Below are positions 12,001 through 23,600 of a stretch of 64,000 nt of DNA, piece after piece. The notes beneath the pieces were generated by a model. The model did not search any database. It saw only the letters and a list, made by a program, of their open reading frames with translations, and was not told the origin of the DNA. The stretch's first letter is position 1. Each line of letters begins with the position of its first letter. Location: the NCBI GenBank assembly GCA_026936335.1, contig JAPMXV010000002.1, positions 248,001 through 312,000 of the forward strand, given 5' to 3'. The position numbers and the translations under genes were made by a program. The stretch is from Mantamonas sphyraenae STR306. Taxonomy: Eukaryota; Protista; CRuMs.

Positions 12001-15000
12001 GAGGTCTGCGGCAGGGACGCCGCAGGATGAAGCCCAGTTGTCGCACTGGCTCTTGCACAGAGGCTTGGCGGCGTCCTGGTTGTCGCAGGTGGGGAAGAAC
12101 TTGTGGCAGAAGTACTCCTTGGCAGCGGCAGCGCATCCCTCACAGGTGGTGGTGGACGCGTGGGTGTGTCCGGCGGCGCGGTTGTTTGCCTCGCCCTGAG
12201 CGATGGCAGCAGAGACGCGGTGGTCTGCGCCGAGGGTGCTTGCGCAGAAGGCGCCCTGCTTGGGGTCAACGGGCACGCAACGAGTCACCTTTTGGTTGGG
12301 CACGGGTGCGCGCGGGCTGATTGCGTTGCGCTTGGTGCGCGCAGGCATGCAGTTGGACGTGGGCAGCGAGGCGCACGAGTCGGAGCGGGAGCAGGCCGTG
12401 TTGGATGCGCTGCAGACGCTCTGGCACAGAGGGGCGGCTCCGTTGGTGGTGTTTGCAAAGCAGGACGGGAAGCGCGTGCCACACACGTAGGCCTTGTATG
12501 CGGCGAGGCAGTCGGAGGACTTGCCCTCGGCAACGCGTGCGTCGTAGTCGGCCTTGGCGGCGAGATCGAGGCTGCGGTGTTGTGCGCTGAGGGCAGTGGT
12601 CGGGTAGTCGACGGAGCAGAACGGAGTCAACAGCTGGTTGGGAATGGAGCAGAGGCCTGCGGGGCCGGCCTTGGCCAGGGCGTAGACGGGTCCGTTGATG
12701 CCCTGGAAGCGTGCGACCTGGGCGGTGCCCGAGGGCGGGTTGAGCTGGACGCGAGCCAAGTAGGTGGACGGGATGCCACCGTACATGGTAAAGTCGCCGC
12801 CGAGCCACATGTCGGAGCCGTCGATGAGGATGGCGCGGACATTGCTGTTGAAGTCGCTGTAGGTGACGTTGGCCCAGGTCTGGGTGCCAGGGGTGTAGCG
12901 GGCCACACGTGCGTAGGGCGTGGTGAACGCGCCGCCGACGTAGACGTGGGAACCAGCAGTGGCGAGGGTGTACACGTCGTTGTTGGGTTCTGCGACGCCG
13001 TTGGGCAGGCAGTTGATCTGGCCCGTGGTGCTGTTGTAGTAGGCAAGGTACCTGCAGCTGAGTGCGTTAGAGCCCGTATCGGAGTTTGAGGTGATGGTCA
13101 GGAAGTTCTTGGCCGCGTGGTAGCCGATCCAGTAGACGGGGTTGTTTGCACCGCTGCGCTGCTGGTTGCTGTTGGTCAGGAAGCGGTCGGTGTAGGCACC
13201 TGCGGTGGTGTCGTACTCGGCCAAGTAGTTGCGGTTGCCGTTGGAGCCGATGCTGCTGAACGAGCCGCCGATCATGAGCTTGTCGCCCACAGGCTTGATG
13301 TGCCAAACAACGCTGTTTGCGCCTGCGACGCCGCCAGCGGCGGAAAAGGTGCCTGCGCTGAAGCGTGCAAAGTAGTCTGCGTTTGCGTCACCGTTGAGGT
13401 TGGTAAAGGCGCCGCCAAGGTAGACGTCGTTGCCGACAAGGGCAATGGAAGTGACGTAGTTGTTGGGGTTGACAGCGGCCTGGAGGTAGCTCCAGGCATT
13501 GACGGACCAGTCGTAGACGGCGACATACGAGGCAGGGACGGTGCCGGTGGAGGTAAAGTCACCGCCAGCGTAGATGAGGTTGCCCTTGACGGCAAGGGTG
13601 CGCACGTCGTTGTTGAGGGTGGAGTTTGCCAGCGCAGAGAAGGTCTGCGAGGTGACGTTGTACGAAGTGATGTACGCACCGTGGTTGGTAAAGTCACCGC
13701 CGAGGATGATGATCTCCGAGTTGAGCTTGGCAAGGGCACGGACGCGTGCGTTGAGGGGGCTGGTGGTCGGGGCGTGCCAGGTGCCGTCTGCCGGGACGTA
13801 GTAGGCAAAGTTGTCTGCGTTGCCCTGGTTGTCGGCGTTGGAAAAGTCGCCACCGACGTAGAGGCGGCCATTGTCGGCAAGGAGAGCGCGGACAACGGTG
13901 TTGAAGACGACGCCATTGTTGCCGATGCTGGGCTGCAGGGCCTGGACCTGGCGGTTCGCCATGTCGTAGGCAAACAGGTAGCGGGTGCCGTAGATGTTTG
14001 CGACGTCGTTTGAGAACTGACCACCGATGTACCAGACGTCACCCATGATGGCGTCGGCAAGCATGAGGTTGTTGGGACCGTAGCTGGAATCCGGGAACAT
14101 GGACTCAAACATGCTTGTGGCGCGGTTGTACAGCACGATCTCCTTGCTGTAGACGCGTCCGGTTTCTGTGAATGCGCCTCCGATGAAAAGGTCGTTTGCG
14201 TTTGCCGGGGACGGGGTCATGGCATAGACGGCGGAGCTGAAGTAGTAGTCCTGGTCGACGAAGCGCTGGGTGACCATGTCCATGATGGCAAAGCGGGAAC
14301 GTTGGTAGCTGTTGCGAGTGTAGCGGGTGGATGTAAAGTCACCGCCGAGGAAGACAGCCTTGTTGCCGTTGTACATGCCGACGTGGATGGCGCGCACGTT
14401 GTTGTTCAGGGTGTCGTTGCCGTTGCGTCCGTTGTAGGAGTCGAGGGCGTAGACGTTGTTTGTGTCGAGGTCGATGACACCGACGCGCTGGCAACGGGAG
14501 CAGTAGCCGAGCTGTCCAAAGGAGCCGCCGACGTAGAGGTCGTTGTTTGCGGTGTCGTGGTAGAGGGTGTACACGGTGCTTTGTGGTGTAGGCGTGGTTG
14601 TACGGTGTGCTGACGCCGTCCTGTGTGTGGCGCTGCAGGTAGTAGGTCTGGACGCCCATGCTGCTGCCCTGGCCCGCAACAAAGAGGTTGTTGTGGATGT
14701 CGTTGATAGCCCAAACGGTGCTTCCAATGTTGCCAGTGAGGACGCTCTGGATGTTGTCGTTTGCATCGACGCCTGCGAGGTAGCGGTGGGTGTAGTCGGG
14801 GTCACTTTGCGTAATGCCGCCTCCCACGAGGACGGTGTTTGCGTCGTACATGTCGAGTGCATATGCGGTGCCGCTGGGAATGCGGTCGTCGCGTGTCACG
14901 TATCGCCAGACACCAGTGCGTGCGTTCCAGATGGCGACGGGGCCGACGGGCATGGCTTGGTTGCCCGGGGTGGTCTGGAAGGCACCGGCGACAATGACGT

Positions 15001-16575
15001 TGTCGCCCTGGACGGCGATGGCCTGGACAGTGCCTCCGACGCCAGCGTAGTCGCCGCGACGGCCACCAAGGCGATGGTAGCGGTTGGTGTTGAAGTCGTA
15101 GCGGACGATGTAGTTGGAGCCGGGCACGTCTGTGAGGGCGCCGAAGGAGCCTCCGATGAAGAGGGAGGATCCGTTGAGGACGAGGGTGTAGACGGAGCTG
15201 GTGGGGCCCTCGCAGTTTGCGAGACGGCGGAAGGTGTCTGTGGCGTTGTTGTAGACGGCGATGTAGTCAAGGAGATAGTCGCCGTCGACGTTGGAAAAGT
15301 CGCCTCCAACAATGATTGTGTTTGCATCGCGGATGGCGATGGCGCGGACATCGTTGTTGAGGGCATTGTTTGCCAGACGGTTCCACTGCTTGGTGGAGCG
15401 AGTGTACTTGGCAATGTAGTTTGCGCCGGCGGAGGTGATGCCTGTGCCCTGGACACCGACAAAGAGGTCGTCGTTGCCGAGCATGGCAAGAGCCCAGACG
15501 TCGGTGTTGAAGGGCTGGGCGTTGTCGACGGCACGCATTGTGCCTGTGTTGACGCCGTCCCAGTAGGCGAGCCTGTCAGCGTTGACGTCGCCAGCAGCAT
15601 TGGTGAAGGAACCACCAATGTACATGCCGTTGGTTCCGTCGTTTGCCGGGGTAATGGCAAAGACGTTGCCAGACATGAGGGGCGTTTTGTCCAACTTGGG
15701 GGAGGACGAGTTTGCGGCGGCAAGACCGACGGCTGAGGTGGTCGGGTTGCTGCCCACGGTGGTGAAGGTACCACCGATGACGATACCAGGACTAGATGGG
15801 CTGCTGTAGATGGCGCGCACCTGGTTGTTGGTGTTGAAGTCGAGGTTGCGGACGTTTGTGATCTCGAGGGTGTCGAGCTTGAGGGCAAAGAGGTCCGAGT
15901 AGGTGAAGGCGTTGTTGGGGAGATCGCGAGTGACGCGAGAAAACGATCCTCCTATGTAGATGGGATTTGCAGCTGTGGAGAGGGGTTCGGTGAGGGATTG
16001 GCAGGGTGTGAGGGAGCGTTTTGGCGCAGGTTGACCGTTGGTTACATTGGGAAAACGGTTTGCGAGAGGGCACACTCAGAAGAGTGAGGGCGGGCAGACA
16101 CGGCCATGGTGGATGCCAGGAGGGTGCCGGGTGGGTAGTGGGCTGGCGTGGGGAATATGGGCGGCGGTGGTGGGCGGGTGTGGATGCGCGCATGGAGGAA
16201 AAAACGGAGGGGAGGGGAGTGTGCGCGCGTAAAAGAACCGGGGCGGCAAGATCGAAGCGGGGGGTGGGCACAAGCCATCCGTGATCGCAGCATGCAGGCA
16301 GAGGAGACGGGAGAGCAAAAGTGGGAGAACAAACGGGGATGCGGGTAATGCATGCATGGTGGCCAAAGGCGTGCTTGGCCAAGAGGCGAGGAGAACGGGC
16401 GCACAGAGTGTGGAGAGGAGCTGCATGAACGCTGTGGAAGAATTCGTGTTGCGAGAAGGGATCGCAAGAGGACATGGCAAGTGGTAGAGACGGGCAGGGA
16501 GAGGGACATACCCATGGCGAAAGCCGCAATGCCCAAAAGGAGCAGGATGGGAAGCGTTCGATTTGTTGTTCTCAT
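6022..16575 (-). CDS. Giant type-I membrane protein A (~3,340 aa): signal peptide, Rax2-like beta-propeller repeats, three Frizzled-type CRDs, one TM, short tail; exons 16575-16512, 15972-6022; probable +1 indel at ~14581
   Basis: Signal peptide MRTTNRTLPILLLLGIAAFAM. Intron 16511-15973 (GTATGT...CTCAC...CCACAG) is in frame (G|CT). Dozens of 'lyvGGxFt...vxal' blades. Cys-rich modules with C-x3-FP-x-C...P-x-C-x3-C-x6-C at ~12347-12651, ~11971-12279 and ~6271-6567. TM IIAIVFGALIFVGGVAAVVAYY. Confidence 0.85.
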
Positions 16576-16663
16576 GCGAATCGCTGCCGGTTTTGGTTGG
16601 GGCAGCCCGCGGCCAGCACGCAGGCGGCCACAGGGCTCTCGCGATGGCTGACAGAAGAGCAAC

Positions 16664-17430
16664 TCAGTCCTTGAGGATGCCGAGGATCTCGTCATCACGG
16701 TAGAGAACGTAGTCCTCCTCGTCCAGGGTGAGCTGGGCCCCGCCATACTCGGGCAGGATGACGCGCTGGTTGGGCTCAACGGACATGGGGATGAGGTCGC
16801 CATCACGAGTGCGAGCACCGGCACCTGCAGGGGTGGAGGAAGGGAGGGGAAGATGAGAATGATGGACATGGGCGAGAGAACGAGGCAAAGGTGCGCATGG
16901 GCGGGTGGTGTGTGTGTGAGCGGACGGAAGATTTTCGAGCGGTGACGGAAGTCGGAAATTGCAAGGGAAGCAGTGGCGCGGAAGGCAACGGGAGGTGTTG
17001 GAGAGACAGTGGACATGCGGGGAGCTGGGGAAATGGGAGAGAAGGGGCGTGGTGTGGACGGGGGTTGTGTAGTGGATGATGTGAAGACACGTACCGACGG
17101 CAACGACGACGCCTTCGTTGAGCTTGTTCTTGCCGGAGTCCGGCAGGAGCAAACCACCCTTGGTCTTGGTGGGAGCGACAACACGCTGGACGAGCACACG
17201 GTCAAGCAGCGGCACAAACTTGTTGGACTGGACAGGAGGCGACAGGGTGGGTGTGAGTCGCATGGGTGAGGGGTATGGTGTGAACGGAAACGAAGCGGAG
17301 GTGCGCATGTCAGGCAGTCCGGAGGACGGGGCGTGTGCAGTGAACACGTGCAGAGCTGCGACAATCACGTGACGGGAAAGGTGTGTGGACAGTGTGCTCC
17401 GGGTATAGGGAGCGGGCGTGCGCGTACCAT
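16664..17430 (-). CDS. HSP10: Mitochondrial-type 10 kDa chaperonin (Hsp10/Cpn10), 98 aa; exons 17430-17428 (ATG only), 17227-17095, 16824-16664
   Basis: FVPLLDRVLVQR...TKGGLLLP...GVVVAVG|AG...VILPEYGG...YRDDEILG is the GroES/Hsp10 signature. Introns GTACGC...TCCAG and GTACGT...TGCAG give a continuous 297-nt frame. Confidence 0.95.
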
Positions 17431-17621
17431 TTGGTTGACGAAAAACTGTTGAGCTGGGTGAGGCGGTGCGAGGGCGTGGACCATTGCAATTGTTGGTGGT
17501 GCATTGGGTTGGAGGAGAGAAGAGGATGCTGCATGTGGTCAAGGGGTCAAAAGGTGTGCCTGTGGTTTCGTGTGTGGTTCCCTGTGGCGTCGCCGCACTC
17601 AACATTTTTCATCGAAGAGCA

Positions 17622-20600
17622 ATGACAACACCACGCTCGACAGCCTTGCTGTTGGCCTTGTGCTGCATCATTGCTTCGACTATTGCAGCCTCTGACTATG
17701 TAGTCGGAGGAAGCTTTACGTATCTGAGGGAGACGAATCCGCCCACGACCAACCTGCGACAGGGTGTGGTGATGTGGGACACGGCAGCAAACACGCTGTC
17801 GACGTTCAAGGGGATCACCCCGAACAACTACGCTCTGGCCATTGTGGAGCGCAATGGAGGCGTGTACATCGGTGGACGCTTCTCGAGCTTCACGAACGGC
17901 ACGACGACGTCGATCCCGGCGCCGTACTTTGTGCATCATGGAAGCGGGGCGAATGCTGCATTCGACACGCCGCCTGGCGTGAATACGTTTGTGAACGCAA
18001 TCGCACCGGCGTTGGACAAGACCAACGGTGTGTACCTGGGTAAGTTTGTGTGTGTGTGTGATGCGATTGCACCCCATCCTGCGCTACGCCGGCAAAGGCT
18101 GCACAGCTGCAATTGGGAAATTGGCCCTAAAAAGGCTACTGCAAGTCCGCTGCACCCTGAGCTTGCGCACGGAGGCATGCGCATTGGCCGTGCATACACG
18201 TCGCCCAAAAGGCTTTGTTATCAAGGGGAGCCTTGGAGAGGGTAGAAGTATGCATGCCAAGCCAACTGCATTTGCAGGAGTCGCAGGCGCGCTGCGAGGC
18301 TGCACCACAGTGCACAATTTTGTGTGTCGCTGACAACCTGCCGCAACTCACATCCGCCCCCCTGCACACAGCGGGAGATTTTACATCCCCTGCCGGACGC
18401 GTTCAGTACTACAACCCGGCGACCAACACCTACACGGCCGTGTCAGGCTCTAATACGCTTGGCCAGGTGCTGGCCATGAGTACGTTGTCGTGAGCGCGCG
18501 AATTCGCCAGTTGCGCTCTTGTGGAAAAGTGAGGACAACACAGGCCGAGGATGGTCCAAACTAAAAACTAACACACAATGGTGCACGACACACAGCCATG
18601 GTGGGCACCAACGACCTCTTTGTGGGTGGCAACTGGAATAACGGACCGGGTAGCCCTGCATCCAACGATGTTGCTCGCTACACGATCAGCACGAACCAGT
18701 GGAACAGCCTGGGCGCTTCTCCGTCGCACATCAGTGGTACAGTGTTTGCTTTGGCCGCAAAGGATGCGCAGAACATCTTCATTGGAGGTTCGTTCACGTA
18801 CGTCCCCAACACGGCAGGCAACAACCTGCTCCGGTACAACAACGACACCAACGAGTTTATCCCCTTGACTGGATGCGACACGTTCGGAGGCGTTGTGTAC
18901 GCCCTCGCGGTCGACGGCAACACGCTGTGGATCGGATCGAACAGCGGCGTCTCGGGACATGTGTACGTACTTGGGTACGACATCCCGACACGGCGCTACT
19001 TTGGCCTGAAGGGCCAGGAATCGGGTAGCCACGTTGGTATCAGCAGCACTGTGCAAAGCCTGGCCGTGCGTGGCAACATCCTTGCCATTGGAGGCAACTT
19101 TGTTACAACGCGTGACAGCAATTCGCCCGCTCCGTATGTGGCACTGTACAACAAGGTCACGGGTGCATGGACGTACCCGCTGCCTGCAGACGGCCAATCT
19201 CTGCGATCCACGGCGTACGTTGTGGCCTGGCTCAGCGACACTCAGTTGCTGATCGGCTCGTCGGCGACGGTGGCTCCTGCGTTCAACCTTGTTCAGTACG
19301 CGGCGGCTGTCGGCAACGGTGGCAAGACAATGCAGCCTCTGGATAGCACGAGCGTCACACGCTCGGGCAACGTGCTCGACATGCTCAGCACGGCTGCTGG
19401 CGAGCTGTGGATTGCTGGTAGCTTTTCGACGCACGAGGCGAGCACCAACTATCTGTACAAGCGCACGTCGACCAACGCTATGGTGCAGCCCTTCCCCAAC
19501 GCTGCCATCAACGGCAACGTGCGTGAGCTGTACCACCACGCTGCATCGAACACGCTGTATTTTGGTGGCGATTTCTCAAGCGCGGGCGCGTGCCAGGACA
19601 CGCGCTGCCGCTACGTGGGTGCGATCAACCTGGCCACAGGCGCGTACTCGCCTGTGTTTGTGGAGCCGTACATGGCCAATGGTGGCGTGTACTCGCTCCA
19701 GCGGGTGAAGGACCCGCAGAACAACAACGACCTGCTCCTGGTTGGTGGCTCCTTTACCAGCCAGTACGGCTATTCTTACGGCAACGACTACTTTGTAGTG
19801 TACGATCTCACTGCCAACAAGTGGAAGACCGACGTTTGGGGCACCAACAACATTGTGTACGACATGGTGGCTGTGCCTGGCAGTACGACGGACGCCTACG
19901 TCGTAGGTTCCTTTACCCAGGGCAATTACCTGAGGAGCGGCAGTCTGCTGTCGTACTCGTACAGCATGGACCGCTTCCAGCAGTCCAACCCTGCCAACCA
20001 GGACCTGGCCGGCGACGTGTACACTGTGGCTATGCTGGCCAACACGGACCGTTTGGTGGTGGGTGGCTCGATGACCAGCGTGCGTGGCACAACTGAGTCT
20101 CGCTACCTTGCACAGTGGGTCATCGGCACGAACAACCCGATCCCGCTGTACAACGAAGGCACGTCCAGCAGCACGCCGTCCTTCAACGGCCAGGTTGAAC
20201 ATGTCATCAACCACAACGGACGCTACTTTGTGGCCACAGGGGCAACCAACATCAACAGCGTCGCCAACAACGACTATGTGGTGGAGTACCTGCCGGCTTC
20301 CAACACGTACGTGGCCCCGTGCATGGGCAGCGTGCCTTCGGCCGCAACATACCTGGCTGTGTCCGCTGACAACAAGTGGCTGTACATCGCCACGTCGACC
20401 AGCAACGCACGCGTGATTCGCTGCGACCTGACCAACAGCAGCAGCTCGTACGAGACAGTGTCGACGACGACGGTGAACAACGTCATCAACGTGATGGTGC
20501 AGGACAAGAACAACGCCAGCATCTGGTGGCTGGGAGGCCAGTTTTCCTCGCCGTACAACTACCTGATGCGTCTGGACACGTCCTCCATGTCGTACATCGC

Positions 20601-23600
20601 ATTGCCTGCTGGCATGGCCGCTCCTTCAGCCTCTGTGTACGGCATTGAGTACTACAACAACTGGTACTACATGACGGGTGCTTTTACAAACGCAGGTGGC
20701 TTTGCCTACTTTGCCAAGTTTGACGGCACGCAGTACCAGAACCCGCTGTCTGCAGGCAGCCCCAATGCGGTGCTTGGCAGTCCTTTTCTCCCAACTCGGG
20801 TGTGACTCTGGTGGGTACAACCGGCAAGGCCATCCTGACTGGATCGTTCACCAGCATCAACGGCAACAGCAGCTACCGCTATGTGGCCGAGGTCGATCTG
20901 AACACGGGCGTGCTGACGCCGCGCTTCATGCGCGACAACGTGGACTGGACTTCCGGCTCTGATTCTGCCTGCTACAACGCCTGGTGGATTGCGGGCAAGG
21001 ACCGTGTGTACATGTCCTGCAGCAACAGCAACAACTACCCAGGATCGACCACGGTTTCCTACTTTGGCGTGTATGACGGCGCACGCCGTCGTGTGCGTGC
21101 TGTGTCGCAGGCGAGCACGCAGCCCAACTCACAGATTGTGACCATTGCCCTCAAGGGCAACATGGTGTACCTGGGAGGCAGCTTCACCACGCCAGCCCAA
21201 CGCATCATGAGCTGGAACCCGGCCACTGACACGTTTGCCGCGCTGCCGGCCAACAACGGCGGCAGCGACAACACCAACGGTCAGGTGGAAAAGATCCTTG
21301 TGGACGGCAACAACCTGGTCATCGGCGGTAGCTTCACCACTCTGTTGAACAACGCCGACGCCGACTACTTTGCCGTGTGGAACACGACGACGGTGCTGCC
21401 GCCCGATGTCACCTCGCAGGGCACCGTGTACACCATCGTAAAGGCCAACGTGAACCTTGGCCTGAACGTGCAAACGCGCAACCCGGAGATGTGCGTGTGG
21501 GTCTGGACACCGCCTCGACCCCGTTCTGCGGCCCTCTGCTGGGCGGCAGCTACATGGTGTCGAACAAACTGGCGCTGCGCGACGCTGACCGCCGTGCCAT
21601 GTACGCCGCTCGTGGCGCTGCAGCCGCCTGCCAGGCGTGCACCGACGCAGCCAAGCAGCTGTACTGTGGCAAGTACCTGCCGCAGTGCAACTCGCCCAGC
21701 GACGCGGCGCAACCGGTGTGCAAGACCGAGTGCGACAAGTACGCCGACACGTGTGGCGTGGACAAGGCGCTGGTGTGCTCCAGCTATGCCACGGCCAACT
21801 GCCGCCAGAACGTTGTGACTGGCGGCAACCCGTGTGACATTGGTGGCAACGTCTTCAACGATCCGGCACGCGAGCTTGTGGTCGGTGGCAGCTTTTCCAG
21901 CACCAATGGCGACACCCTGCGCCAGAACCTGATGTCGTGCTACAACAGTGCCACCAACACGTGGCTGATGGATGGTTGCCGCGCCTCCGGCACCGTGTAC
22001 CATTCCCTGCCCACCGGCGACGGCAAGTTCTGGGTGGCTGGCAATTTCCAGTCCCAGACCAATCCGGCCATCAACTACCTGGGGTTGTTCAACCCGATGA
22101 CCAATGCCTTTGAGTCCCTGCCTGGCTTTGTGAACTCGAACCCGAACAACGTTGTGCGCAAGCTGGCCCTGCGTGGTGGCTCTCTGTACTTCTCGGGCGA
22201 CTTTACCAACGTGTACGGCTCGGGCGCCAACTACATTGCCCGTTACAACATCAGTGCCAGTCGGTGCACCGCGTGGCCACGGGCACGCAGCCGAACAACG
22301 GTGTGTACGACTTTGAGTGGACGACCGATGGCTCCATCATGTGGCTCGTGGGCACTTTCACCACCTTTGGTGGCATTGCCAACGCAAACCGCGTCGGTGG
22401 TCTGTTTGTGAACAACGGCACGCTGGTGCCGGGCCCCATGGGTTTGGACAACGTGGTGAACACCATCGCCAGGGTGGCCAATTCCGACACCTTTGTCCTG
22501 GGTGGTTCGTTCAACTACGACAGCACACAGGTGCTGCCCAACGCGGCCCGTCTGGTGGCGTACAACCCGGCGACGGACATGTTTGAGGAGCCTCTGCCTG
22601 GACAGAACTCGAACATCAACAGCGAAGTACGCACGCTCACTCCTGTGGGCACGGTCATGTTTGTGGGTGGTCGCTGGAGCAGTGCTTTCGGCTCGAGCAA
22701 CTACCGCGAGGCATTCATTCTGGACGTGCCCAAGAACACCGTAGATCGTGTGGGGTACCGTGGTACGGTGAACAGCGACGTTTACGCCAGTTGCCCGGGT
22801 GTCAATGCCAACGAGGTCATCTTTGGTGGTTCTTTCAGCCAGGTGGACTCGCGCACGGCCCGCTACGTGACCCGCTACAACGTAGCCACGCGCCAGGTTC
22901 TTCCCCTGTCTGACCCCAACAACCTGATGAGTTCTACGGTGTACTCCGTGGCGGTCGGTCTGCATCCGTACGAGACGCTTGCTGGTGGCTCGTTCAGCTC
23001 CAGGCTGGCTTTGCACGACGACATCTCATCCGGCTGGATGCGCCCCGGACAGGGTGTCTCGAGCACTGTGTGGACCATGACCAAGGTGGACGACTACAAC
23101 TTCCTGGTGGCTGGTGACTTTCAGTACACGTATGCTGGCCCGGAAGGCAGCGTGTTGGTGCTTGACGGCGACGACATCACCAAGGACATGCTGACTTCTA
23201 GCTCGATCCCCTTGCTGGATTATTCCAACACTGGCTCGAACTATGGCCACCAGGTGACGGCCAACGGGGCGATCTGTATGTTTCGGGTCGCTTCTACATC
23301 GTCTACCGCGACTACCAGAACGGTTTCTATGCCAACGGCATCGTACGTTTCACCAAGAACTCGCCTGAACCGCAGCTGCTTGGTGGAGGCATCTACGGCG
23401 GCGGTGTGAGCAACACACACATTTGGCGCGATCGTGTGGTCGTCACAGGCGGCTTCCGCGGCGCCTTTGGTGCTCCTCTGTCTGCATTTGCGGCTGTGTG
23501 GGATCCTTTGTCCATGTTCTGGACCGGTCTGGACCAACCCGAGCCCTTTAGGCTTGTGGGCGAGATCTCGCGATCGGTCCTGGATGGCTCGTGGCTGTAC

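Noticed and set aside
17431-17621. Heat-shock element upstream of HSP10
   Set aside because: Only TTCatcGAA is present, with wrong spacing and no array of alternating nGAAn units.
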